In this document: piece after piece, positions 24,011-36,060 of the stretch
Numbering within the stretch: the first letter of the stretch is position 1
How the letters are laid out: the number at the start of each line of letters is the position of its first letter
Source: Setoptus koraiensis
Lineage: Eukaryota > Animalia > Arthropoda
Length of the DNA: 64,000 nt
Assembly (NCBI GenBank): GCA_048013815.1
Contig: CM106585.1
Span: 21,576,001-21,640,000 of the forward strand
Direction: 5' to 3'
The notes under the pieces: generated by a model
Databases searched by the model: none
Seen by the model: only the letters and a program-made list of their open reading frames with translations
Told to the model about the DNA's origin: nothing
Position numbers and translations under genes: made by a program

Positions 24011-24697
24011 GAGTCGATGCGATCAATGCGCAGAGCGATCGCACGCCGAGATATTATATTAATATTAATCGCTAATGACAACAACGCGCCTACCCTGATG
24101 TACGGACATGCCCATAACGGAGACAAACGCCAAACAAAAACAACGGCCGCATACGTAACACTTGCGACGGACACTGCAACAGCGACAGCAGCGACAACAA
24201 CGCCAAACACGTTGGCCGGCCGAACAGGTGAGCCACGAGAGTGTTGCAACACACACACACACACACACACGCACACAGGCACAGGTGAATTCGGTAGCGG
24301 CAAAAGTGAATGAATGATGAACAGTTCATCATTATCAATTTTGAGCTAGCCAGCGCTGTCGTAATGGTCGGTTGTGGCAACTGTGCCAATTGTTGTTCAA
24401 TAGCTGTAATTCCGTCAAAAGTTGTCAGTTTGCAACACACACACAACAGGTGAATGTCGATGTGTGTCATATGCAATAATTAGTCAATTTAAATTTGATG
24501 CAACACACACACGCACACGCACAACATGAACTAACATCGCAGCATCATCATTTCATTAATAAAAATCGCCCGTCTGCAACTCCGTCTGAATATCGTCTGA
24601 TTCAAATATTCACAAATCAACAATCAGCATACAACAATAATAATAATAATTTAGTTTTGTAGCAATTAGTAAATTAACGCCAATCAACTAATCAATT

Positions 24698-26397
24698 ATG
24701 CCGGCCATATCAACAACAGGCACCTGTTGTAAATGGCGCAAATGGGCCCCGCATGTGAGCCAATCCGGCACAAAACTACTACTGTTGGCCCTTGTAATGT
24801 GCCTAAGTGTGCAACTAGTTCAAAGTCAATTCTTGTTTACATACGAAATAAACAACGAAGACGACAATCGTGCACCTAAATCATCATTGTTTGATCCGAC
24901 ACAATTCAAAATAGTGACACCATCTCAATTGCAAGCATCTCTACCGAAGCCGCCCGTTTCTAGCCACCAGCAGGCCAGTTTGGCCAATTCGGGTTCTTCG
25001 TCGCCCTCAGTGTCGTTCGCTGAACTGTTTGGGCCCGCTCCGCAGCCCCAGGCGCCGGCGTCCGTACAGCCACAGCATCATCATCACCATTCGACGCCCT
25101 CGTCAACTCTGTTGGAGCCCATTACGGGCGACGATGACGACGATTCCGGTTCTAGTCAATCAGGCAATTCATTAGTTGACAAATGGTCAGCTGCCATATC
25201 GTCGACAAGGCCCAGCGTATTGAGCTCGTTGCACGACCAGTGGTCATCCAACCAGCAACAACAACAACAGTTGGCTGCTAACTCGCTAACGACAACAGGC
25301 AACCCATCTCAATTGCAACAGCACCAGCAACACCAATATCAGCCAACAGCGGCCACAACAACAACAACAACAAACTCGCTGACCAACAATCAATTGGACA
25401 ATTTGTACCCTGTACTCAATCAACAGCAACAACAACACCATCATCACCACCATCAGCAGTCGCTGTCGCAGCAACAACCACAGCCACAACCCGTCTCACA
25501 GGCGCCCTCTTGGTTGGCCAACAGTGCTTTCGCAAACAATCAACACAATTTTCTAATTCAAATACCCAAACAACAACAACAGAGTCCTCTGAGTGTGCCA
25601 CAAACAAACAGTTTGACACCTTCCGTCCAAAATGACGCCTCACCTTACGCCACCCAAACAATTGGACCCGGTTCTAGTGGCGCGCCACTGGTCACTCCAA
25701 TCAGCTCTTACTATAGCTCGTCATCGACAGCTGATCCAAATGGCCAACGTGCATCGCAAACATTGTTAAGTTTAGCACCACAAACAACATCGTCGCCAGC
25801 AGTTACGCAATCATCACAACAACAGCACCAACTTCCGTTGGAGCCAATCAATCAAGCAGTGCCAACAGCAACAGCAGTAGCGCCACCTCCAGTAGAGCCC
25901 GTTGTAACGGCCGAGCTATTGAACGGCGCTAATGGCCAATCACCTCAACAACAACAATCAGCCGAGGAGGCGCTGCTCGCTTTCAGGCATCACCAACAAC
26001 AGCAACCATTGGCGAGACAACGCGAACAACCGTTGGCCTCATTGCATCACGCACAACATCAATCGTTGCATCACCAATTACAGGTTACGCCGGCCACAAT
26101 AAATCAAGGCCACCTGACGGAATCACCATATGGGCAAGCTCAGCAGACGAGCGGACAACAGCAGAAACAGATGATTGGTGTAGATTCGAGCTACTCACTG
26201 GGTCAGCACCACCAGAGGGCCCTTCAGCAGCAACAGCAGCAGCACCAACAACAACAGCAACAGCAGCACCAACAGCAGCACCAACAACAGCAACAACAAC
26301 AACAACAATTTCTCAAGCAGCAACAAATACAGGCGCAACGTCAAGAACAGCAGCAGCAGTTCTTGCGAAATCAGCACCAACATCAACATTTGCAACA

Positions 26398-26465
<68 letters not shown>

Positions 26466-29193
26466 TACAACAACAGCAGCAACAACAAGCACCAACGAAC
26501 GCCAATCAGCCGAGCTCGTCGTACCACGTTCTGACGCCAATCAAGAACGACAACGTGTCGCCGTCGTCGAACCACGTCATTCCGAAAGTGTCGCCGCAGA
26601 TATTGCAATCGTTTCTGTTGCAGCAACAGGATCAGCACGAGCGACACATGGAACTGTTGAAACAGCAGCAAGAGTTGAACAAGTTGCTGGAGAAGAGACG
26701 CCAACAAGAGCTGACAGATAAGAAGAGGCGCGAAATACGCGATCGCGAACAAAAAGAACGCTCGCAACGCGAACAGAAAGAACAAAAAGAACAGAAAGAA
26801 TTAAAAGAACGCGAATTGTTGAAAGAGAAAGAATTGCGCCAATTGGAGAAGCAACGCCAACAAGAGCAACTGGCCAGAGCTGAGCAAGCTAGACAGCGCG
26901 AATTGGCGGCACGTAAACAACAAGAGCTGGCCAATGCTCAAGAATTGCAGCGAAAGCGCGAAGAGCAACGCAAATATTTGGAATATATGGCACGCTTAGA
27001 GCAACAAGAACAACAAGAACGCGAGGCAAAATTAAAGAGAGAACGTGAGCTAGAGTTACAAATGGAACAGGAAATGCGAGCAAGAAAAGAAAAAGAAGAA
27101 TTAGAATATGAGGAGGCTCTGAAAAAGAAGCGCGCCCAAGACAAAGAAGAAGAAGAGCGCCAGCGACACAATCAAGAGCAATATATGAAACAGCAACAAG
27201 AATTAAGGCGACTAATTGAATTGAAGAAGCAACAAGAACAGCAAGACGTTCAACAACAACAACAGCATCGCAGACAACAGGTGAGTCAGCGCATTAAGCA
27301 ACAAGTAGAGGCTGAACAATTGGCCGCAGAGCATAGAAACAAACGACGAAAGTTGCAACAGCAACAACAACAGGATGACATAAACAAACGACAACAGCAT
27401 CAACAACAATTAGACGCAGCCAACAACAACAACAACAACAACAACATGAACAGGTTTCAGCGAACAAACAGCTATGATGGCGCAACGGCATCTTCGTTGT
27501 CATTGTTGGCTTACGAGGACGATCAATTGCGACGATCAACAACACCCGTAACACCGGCACAACAACAGCAACAGCAACAACAACAGCAAGAGGCCCATCA
27601 ATCAGCGACAGCGGCAACAACAGCCATTAACAGCAACAGCAACAACAACAACAACAACAACAATCAACAAAAGTCGCAACAGGCAACAGGTGAGCCGAGC
27701 ACACCGACACACACACAGACGCAGAGCGCTCCCTTCCGGTCGACCAGAAAGAGAATATCGCGAGTTTCTGGACAACAACAAACAGTGAGACAACAACAAC
27801 AATCGGCCAGTGACAAACAAAGTGATAACATAATCAGACAAAAGATACCCCTTTACTCGGGTCCCGGTCAGTACGGCCTGTATCGGGGCACTAATGAAAC
27901 GGCCGAACTGGCCGCCCTGTTGGACAGCATCACAAATGTGCTGCCCACTAGCGCCACATCACCGCCAACACCAGCTAACAATGTTACGCAATCGTATAGC
28001 AGCAGCAGCAGCAACAACAACAATAACAACAACAACGTCTATAGCAATAGAGACGGATCTAGCACTAGCAGTTCGGGCGGCTCTCACACGACTTCCGCTG
28101 CGCCCCTATCGGCCGCATCAACGCCAGCCTCGACAACGGCAACGGCCACAAGCACTACAACTCAGGACACATTAAGTAGCTTAAGTTTGAGCTCTGGCGA
28201 GGGTTCACTGTCGCCCCCATTGAATGATCTCAATGATAATTACATCATACCAAATTTGCAACAATTGTCTGGCCAGTCGGTGTCTGGTTACACGTCTACC
28301 CAGTCGCCGTCTGTGTCGTCGGCGGCCTCGTTGGCGCTACAAGATCAAGAGCCCTATTTTGACGATGACGTGCCCCGCAGACCCGCGCGTGCCCTGTCAA
28401 ACAAGAACAATCCAAATATTCAGCGAGCCGCATTGATGACGGCACGTACGGGCGTTATGACACAATTGCAGCGAACAACAACAGCTAACGGGCAACAGCA
28501 ACAACCAGACAACAACAACAGCGTCACAACGGCACTTGCCAGGCCGCTGACGAGCGCCCTCACTCAATCGAGCTCTCAAACGTCAACAGCCACTAGCAAC
28601 AACAACAACAACAACAACAGTAATCAAGCCTCTAGAACTGCACACATTGGACTGGCCTCACTTCCGCCCGATTCGGACAACGACGGAATACCCGGCCGGG
28701 CGGGTGTTGAGTACCCCGTGTTGAGCACGGTGCCCGTTACTAGCTTCTCTTGTTCGAAGCAACCATTGAATGGTTATTATGCCGACACAGAGACCGCCTG
28801 TCAGGTGGTTCACCTTTGCCAAGGAGGATCTCAGAGTTCTATATTGTGCCCAAATGGTGAGTTCTTATGGGCCCAATGGGGCGATCAGTGATTTGCTGTT
28901 CACCCTGAGAGCGTTCTCGAGAGCAATTGCAACGATTAAATTAATCCAATATTGCTATTCTTTTCTTGCCCCGAAAATAATGCCCCGAAAATAATGCCCC
29001 GAAACTAGGTACCATCTTCAATCAGGAAAAGTTCTCGTGTCAGTGGTGGTACGAAGTGAACTGTTCGAGGGCGCCCAATTTCTATCAACTCAACGACAAC
29101 CTATATAAATCACCACCCACAGACAAACAGCAGACGAGTTCGTCTTCGAAAGCGTTCAATTCAAACCGTCACAGCTCGCCCAATTCCTTGTGA
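24698..29193 (+). CDS. Large secreted Q-rich protein with a C-terminal chitin-binding type-2 (peritrophin-A) domain, CPAP1-like; 2 exons, 1447 aa
   Basis: Exon 1 24698-28856, donor G|GTGAGT, 152-bp intron, acceptor CTAG|GT, exon 2 29009-29193. Joined domain: SFSCSKQPLNGYYADTETACQVVHLC...ILCPNG/TIFNQEKFSCQWWYEVNC (six Cys), preceded by DGIPGRAGVEYPVLSTVP. Signal-like segment KLLLLALVMCLSVQLVQS. PolyQ tracts and an E/K/R/Q coiled-coil region lie in the middle. Confidence 0.9.
28968..29008. repeat. 14-bp tandem repeat GCCCCGAAAATAAT (about 3 copies) ending at the intron acceptor
   Basis: GCCCCGAAAATAAT GCCCCGAAAATAAT GCCCCGAAACTAG; the last unit supplies the 3' splice AG at 29007-29008. Confidence 0.85.
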
Positions 29194-32100
29194 GCAAACC
29201 TTGTTAACAAACAGCCACACTGTCTAACATTTGAGAAATGCTCCTCAATTCATCCTCGAATCATCCTCGAATCATCATGGCATCAGCTGATGAATTGCAA
29301 CCACTCATAGCCACTATCATCGCGTTACGATACGCTCCAGGTATTGTAGCGAACGATAATACTCACACAAATATCCAATAAATGTCTACCGTGTTGCCTA
29401 ATCATCACGATATACCCGTTAGATATAGATAGATCATCATAATTGATAGTTAATAATGGTAGTAATTTGTGTGTGTGCAACAGTCACAACTGAAGCCAAC
29501 AAGTGAAGGTGTTTTTCAGGGGGTTTTTTCTACGTTATGAACAACAACAAACTCGCATAGTGAAGTAGCGATTGCATTGAATTGATTTGCATAAAAGCTT
29601 GCCCATTGTCGGTTGGTGTCATTGGCGCGAATCGATTCATGTCCGACAAGCCATAGCCGACGTTGTTGTTGTTGCTGTTGCTGTTGTTAAACAAGCTACA
29701 ATGTACAAAGTGAATAAAAGTGAAACTACCTGTCCTATCGCGTTGCAAGTCCCGCTAAAAGTATTATTTTCACGAATGAATGCAATGTAAAATTACGTTA
29801 TGTTATGTGTAACTAATTATCATATTCATGATCATGTGTATCGTATATGATCGCATGATGTATAAATTTGTCTGCTTTCTTTTTATTACGTATGCCAAAT
29901 AAATACACAAACCAACAAACAACAAATAAATAAACATGTCTGCATTACTATTATTATTATTATTAATATATATATATATACATAATTAATATTATTATTA
30001 TTATAATTGTTAGCACTATTATTATTGTGATTATGTGTAACTCAAAAAGAAAAGACGCATCATCCAGATAGATATCTGAGATGGATATGAGCTGATATTT
30101 GATTTGAGATAATAATAAACAGCCATCTCATCAGCCAATCAATCATAATCAACTCTCTCATTAATTGCTGGGCCACTCCTAAGAGCGCGATTGATCTCGA
30201 TCTCGTCTTACTTTCGCTTGTTTTCTCGTGATCAAATATCCCAACTGAACTCACAGTAAACTCACGGCAAATCTTGCCACAGTCTGATTGCAAGCGCTCG
30301 AAAAATTATAGCGATTATTATATTATAGTTAGCTGTGTCGAAAATAGGTGCACACAACTTAAACGATATCTTCCGTTAATCGATACCCTTCGTTGGAAGT
30401 AGCGGTAAAAATACTGGCCCTTTTTCTTAAAATTTTCGTCACTTTCCTTTCGGAAACACCCATGCCACCCTGTCGCTTTTTTGTTGCCATTACTCCCATC
30501 GGCATTCTAGTCAGTTATTTGCACAGTTATTCCGTATCGGTTGGTCACTGCGACTGTTGGGCGACAACAGTTCAGTGTGCGGGGGCGACTATCGCCTCGT
30601 GCTTTTCTTTTGTTTTACCTGTGTCCATCTATCAATATCGTTTCATTTATCATTTATCAATTTGAAACAATTTACATACTTCATTAGCTATTGTTTCGGC
30701 TGTGTGTGTGTGCGAGCTCACGAGTCATGAGGTCGACAACGATAAATAGACGAGACAAGCGAGCATAAATTGAGTTAGAGGGCAGCGAGAGACTGTTTGC
30801 AAAAAGTGACTGCCCTGTTTAAATTAATACGCAATGCAATAATTAAGTGAGCATGTCGGTGATGTTGTTGTTGTTGTTGTTGTTGTTGCTGCTGCTGCCG
30901 TTGACTTCGCCGATACATGCCGATACATTAGCGAGTCATTAGTGCAAACTTGGTTGAAAATTGTAACACAAGACACACAAACTTTTCCTCTTTGCAACAT
31001 TCACTCTTTTCACTCGCTCATTGCATCATTTCCTTTTCATTGGGCTACAAACTTGACCGGCATCTCATCTAAGGTGTGTCCCCCTATCGGCCGTACAGTT
31101 TGACATGTCGTCATAGGTGTTGTTGTTGTTGATGATGTTGATTCAGTTGGCTGGTAGGAGCTGCCCGATAATAGCCAGCCAGCCAGCCAGCGCACAACAC
31201 AACAGGTGGGTGAACATCATCAGCATAATGTAGCATTACGTAATAACAGCAATAAGAGACGGCCTTACAATTTATAACGGGCCCGCTTCATTGAGTGTTA
31301 ATGAGTAACATGTGGAGGCTAATCTCTCTCTCTCTCTCTCTCTCTGGCTCGAATCTAACCAATCAATAGATTGAATTGGAGCGAGCCAGGGAGAGAGTTT
31401 AAGTGAGTTAGCAACAATTTTCACTCAACTTGTTTTGCAAAGTCCGACACTGGATATGCGCATATGTGCATAAGTGCACTGGCCAAATTTGACTTATTTG
31501 CAAGTGAATCGCTTGTCCACCGGGCCAGATTAAGCGACTATTCACAGGCAAAAGTAACGGCAACAGATTAGATTGAGATTATTCTCGAGGCTGTCGTCAA
31601 GTTTATTTATATATCGTATTTATAACTGCGGGCCTGTGACTGTGCCACTGTGCCGCTAGACGCTCTGCACCGGAAGTAATCTAGACACTAGCTGCCAGTG
31701 CGCTGATTGGTGTGTGTGTGTGTGTGTGTGTGCTGCAGTGCAACTAGATTGGGTGTTCATTGGAATCATTAGCTAGTGGGTAATAATTGGCCACTAGCTA
31801 ACTAATCACTGATCAGCGGATTGGTAAGCGATTGCATCTTCACACCGAATCCAATATCGACGATATCGATTGTGCGCTGTGCAAAATTGTGTTACTTTTG
31901 CGTGATGATGCGAATATTAGCACCATTTTGATTTGATTAATTAACGGTTATGTGAGTGTTTTGGCGTCATCATCAACAATGTTGGCCAGGCGATAATCCG
32001 ACAATTAGCGCCACACAGCCATGATGGCTGCACAATAATAACAGTAATAGTAATAATAATAATAGTAGCAGCCAGATGATGGCCTCAGGTGAGTTGCGCA

Positions 32101-32891
32101 ACAATCGACACACGACTACGCACACAATGTTTACTTTGCATGCATTACACGGCACTGTTGTCGGTGTGTCGGTTTGCATCGATTGCTCAACAACGGGGCG
32201 ACAACAACAGCAACAACAACAGCAACAACAACAGCAACAACAACAGCAACAACAACAGCGACAGCGACAACAACAGCCACAACGACAACACACTCAACGG
32301 GCACAGGTAGCTGTTACGCAATCTGTTTGGGCAATCTGTTTCTCGGCAGCTCAAATCACCGTTATGTTTATGTTAGGTGTTGTGTTATGCAATGTTGTGT
32401 GCACCTTGCAAGAGATTGACAAATTGCTCATACGAATGAGCAAATGATTAATGGGGCGCCTTGGTAAGCCATAGGCTATTAGTGCGGCAAGGCAGACGAG
32501 ATGCTGACGATGATTAATTAGTTGGCAGTTAGTCGGTGGCAGTGGCGCCAAATCGCGTGCTGTGTCCAGTTATACACAGGGTATTTGTTATAACTGGCAG
32601 TTGCGGCGTTTGCGTTACATAACAACAACAGCAGCAGCAGCCGCGACCGTTACGTAACACACAACTGTTTACCGTTACTTTCATTTTCACACTTAGCTTG
32701 CCAATGATTGTTACCCACACACACACACACACACACTCAGGCCGTTATTGTTGTTGCAGTGACTGTCAGTTTGGTCAGTTCGTCCACTCATGCTCAATTT
32801 TTAGTAAACTCGTTAACGCAGTTCACTCATTCATTCAGTGTTTGTGTTAGTTGGTCAGTTGGTCACTGGTTGGCCGGTCGGGCCAATTCGG

Positions 32892-32984
32892 ACAGTCGGG
32901 CAGTCGGGCAGTCGGGCAGTCGGGCAGTCGGACAGTCGGGCAGTCGGACAGTCGGACAGTCGGGCAGCGGGGCGGTCGGACAGT
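32892..32984. repeat. 8-bp GC-rich minisatellite RCAGTCGG, about 11 units
   Basis: Consecutive ACAGTCGG/GCAGTCGG units, degenerating at the right end. Confidence 0.9.
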
Positions 32985-33272
32985 TTGGCCGAGCGAGAGA
33001 AAGTGATAGGCAACTAACAACAAAGGATGCAGCCACAAACAAGCGCGGCCACTTGTTGTGCAAACATGCTCGTAAACGCTAACATTGCCACTTTGTTGTT
33101 TGTGCTAATGCCCGCTAAGCTAGCGCGCTGGGCAATGAAATTGATTCATCTTATTGTTGTCTCACGGCAACGGCAGCGACAACGGCGACGGCCAACAACA
33201 AAACTCTGGTTGCAACTGGTTTATAATTATCAACTTGAGCCCACCGACGGCAGCAACAGCGACAACAGCAGC

Positions 33273-33306
<34 letters not shown>

Positions 33307-33641
33307 GTGTTGGCAAGCTAGTGTTGCGCAACACTGCCAATGCTCAATGGTTTTATCGAGCTCTGGCGACTGTTTGAATGGGGAGCGCGCTATATATGAA
33401 ATAATCGATTTTGCTCTCGTCTTGGTCTTCTTCTTGGTTCGTTTTGTGCCTTAATAATATTAATAATAATTTCTCTGCTCGGCCAATTTTACGATTGCCA
33501 CGATTGAGCGGCGCCACAAGCACGTTAAACGTAACAAGCAATATTGTGTTGCAACATCCCGCGCGCTTGTTATCGTTTGTATGATCTAATCCAATCGCAT
33601 GCCTGACCAAGCCGGCACCATAAACAGCCACCTGTTGCTTC

Positions 33642-33707
33642 GCTAGCTCGCCATTGGCTAGCTCACCGGTGGCTAGCTCGCCATTGGCTAGCTCACCGGT
33701 GGCTAGC
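33642..33707. repeat. Higher-order repeat: 30-bp dimer of two 15-bp variants (GCTAGCTCGCCATTG / GCTAGCTCACCGGTG), about 2.2 copies
   Basis: Alternating A-B-A-B units read directly from the sequence. Confidence 0.9.
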
Positions 33708-35927
33708 AGCGGCAGCGGCAACGGCCCAACACAACAACAATGGCAACAACGTTCGCGCAACAATAGACGCAACACAACAATTTGTCGGACGGCGTTCTGC
33801 CGGCTGATCATTAATTTAATTAACGATTACAGCATTATGTAACTGTCCGTTAACTGTCCGTTGCGTTAACTGTATGATAATGCAGCAGCAGCAACAGCAA
33901 CGCATAATGTCAAGGCTAACAGACAGGCATCCGGAAGTGGGCAAGACGCTCAACGTGTACGCGCGCAACAGGGTATTGACAGGGTAACAGGGTAACATAT
34001 CGGGCACGCATAATGGGCACGCTGCCAATTAGTAATAGTATCTGGCTGGGGATGCAGCCAACAATATACTGCGCGCACCAAGGCTATACCAGCCAACAAA
34101 CAGACAGTTGGATATTTTTGGATAATTTCAGGTCACAAGCGTCGAGCTATAAACGGCCGACTCGGCTGAGCCGAGCGGCCGCTTTGCAGACTGCGCCGGA
34201 CAGACTGCGCCGGACAGACTCGGCCGGGCAGAGTGTACAGGTGACCGACAAACTGACTGATTTCATTATCTGGCAACAGCATTCTCTCTTGTTCTGTTTC
34301 GCCCTGGATGAATTTAAAATTTTCAATATTCAATTTTCCACCCTCGAATCTCAATTCGGGAAGCTTGTTACGAGTGAAATTCGAGCAGCAACTTGCCTAA
34401 TGTTGTGAACAGACTCTGGTGGCGAACAACAGCAACAGCAAAGATGCACAAAGCAACAAGTTGCTGGCATCGGTCGAAGAGTTTGTTCCGGTGTGTTGCA
34501 ATTAATCATTGGCACTGGCATTGGTTGCACAATTGGCAATTGTTTGCCAGCTCGGCTTCACTGACAATTGTTGCTGGCAACTAAATCTCAGCTAACCATT
34601 CAATTTTGTTCATTCTTGAAAGCTCGAGCGCAAGCCTCAAATGCAAGCTACGTTAATACAATTACAAACATTGAGTCACTCGAATTGAGTGGGCATCGCG
34701 CGCCAATTAAGCAGCGGCAAACAACATGTTATGAGATACTCCTATAACAGATGACTTGTGACGCGCGAGTTGCCAAGATTCACTTTATTAAGAAATTATG
34801 TTGCGTCACTGGTGTGCTCGTGTGGCCGTCACGAAGTGAAGCATCTCAATTGTCAATATAAACTGACATTGAGAAATTGTCAAACTGAAACTGACTGAAA
34901 TTGCCTTCGTGTTGGCCAGTTTGTGCAGTTGTTGCTGTTCGTTGTGCACACTGCAGACAACAACTGCAGACAACAACTGCAGCAACAATTGAATTGATGC
35001 TGACGTAGCGAGTTCAAAGGCGATTGTGGTTCCATCGGCTGTTGCGTTGTGTCGGAAGTGAGCGCGTCGGATAAAAACAACAACTAAATGGATAAATGGA
35101 TAGCAATTGAATGCCAGCCACCTTATAACGTTATAATCTGCGCTTGCAGGCAAGCGCACTGACAGTGCCAGCGAGCTGGCCAGCGCCAATTTGAGCCACT
35201 AACGAGCCGGCTAACGACATGACAGGTAAATGGCTAATTGTAAATAAATTTGTCAGATTGCAACTGATAAAATGACTTTCAGTGTGTGCAATGAGCAAGT
35301 GGCAATGGGATAAAGACAAAACAAAACAAAACAAAACAACACGACACACATTGATGTGTTAATGTCGCCCAACACACACACACACACACACACTTGAACA
35401 AAAACAACACTGACACTTGGCACTGACACTTGCAAGTCGCAACACTCAACAGCTGACAGTTTCACAATCTTACAATCTGTTGTTGTTGTTGTTGTTGTTA
35501 GATCTGGCAAATATTTGGCGAAGCCAATTTGTTTGTATTACAACGTTTGCATAGCAAACAACGTGTAGTGCACGGTAGCCAAGCGGCTATAATAACGGTA
35601 GCACAAACAAACGCTACCCAGGTAACGGTTACGTAATGCGTTGCGCGACAGACGCAACAAACAAAGATGCTCTAGGCGCTTATCGTTGTTGCCTGTTATC
35701 GAGTTTGCTCCATCAGCTGGCTCTCAAGTTGTGAGTCACAACATGAGAGTCGCCAGCATGCCAACAGTTAGCCGGTCGGCCAAGATGAAGACGCAGATGC
35801 TGACGATGATGCAAATTGATGATTATTATAATAACAAACTTAATTAGTTGCTCTGTTGCAATTTGTTGTGCAGCTTGCTTAAACTGTGCGCTCGCACTCA
35901 CTAGGACAGGTGAGCCAGTTGCTCGCT

Positions 35928-36060
35928 TGTTGCTGGCTGTTGCTGGCTGTTGCTGGCTGTTGTTGGCTGTTGCTGGCTGTTGTTGGATGTTGTTGGCTGT
36001 TGTTGCTTGGCGAGCGGGGGCGCGACAGGCGACAGCCAGCAGCCAGCAGCCAACAACCGG
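35928..36060. repeat. 10-bp TGTTGCTGGC array followed by a partly complementary CAGCCAG/CAGCCAACAAC tract (fold-back)
   Basis: About 7 units of TGTTG(C/T)TGG(C/A) at 35928-36000, then CAGCCAGCAGCCAGCAGCCAACAAC at about 36033-36057. Confidence 0.75.

Noticed and set aside
25286-28994. Overlapping and antisense ORFs within the 24698 gene
   Set aside because: Shadow frames of Q/E/K-rich codons.
31918-31940. TAGCACCATTT match to the miR-29/285 5' end
   Set aside because: Only 11 nt match and there is no complementary arm nearby to form a pre-miRNA.
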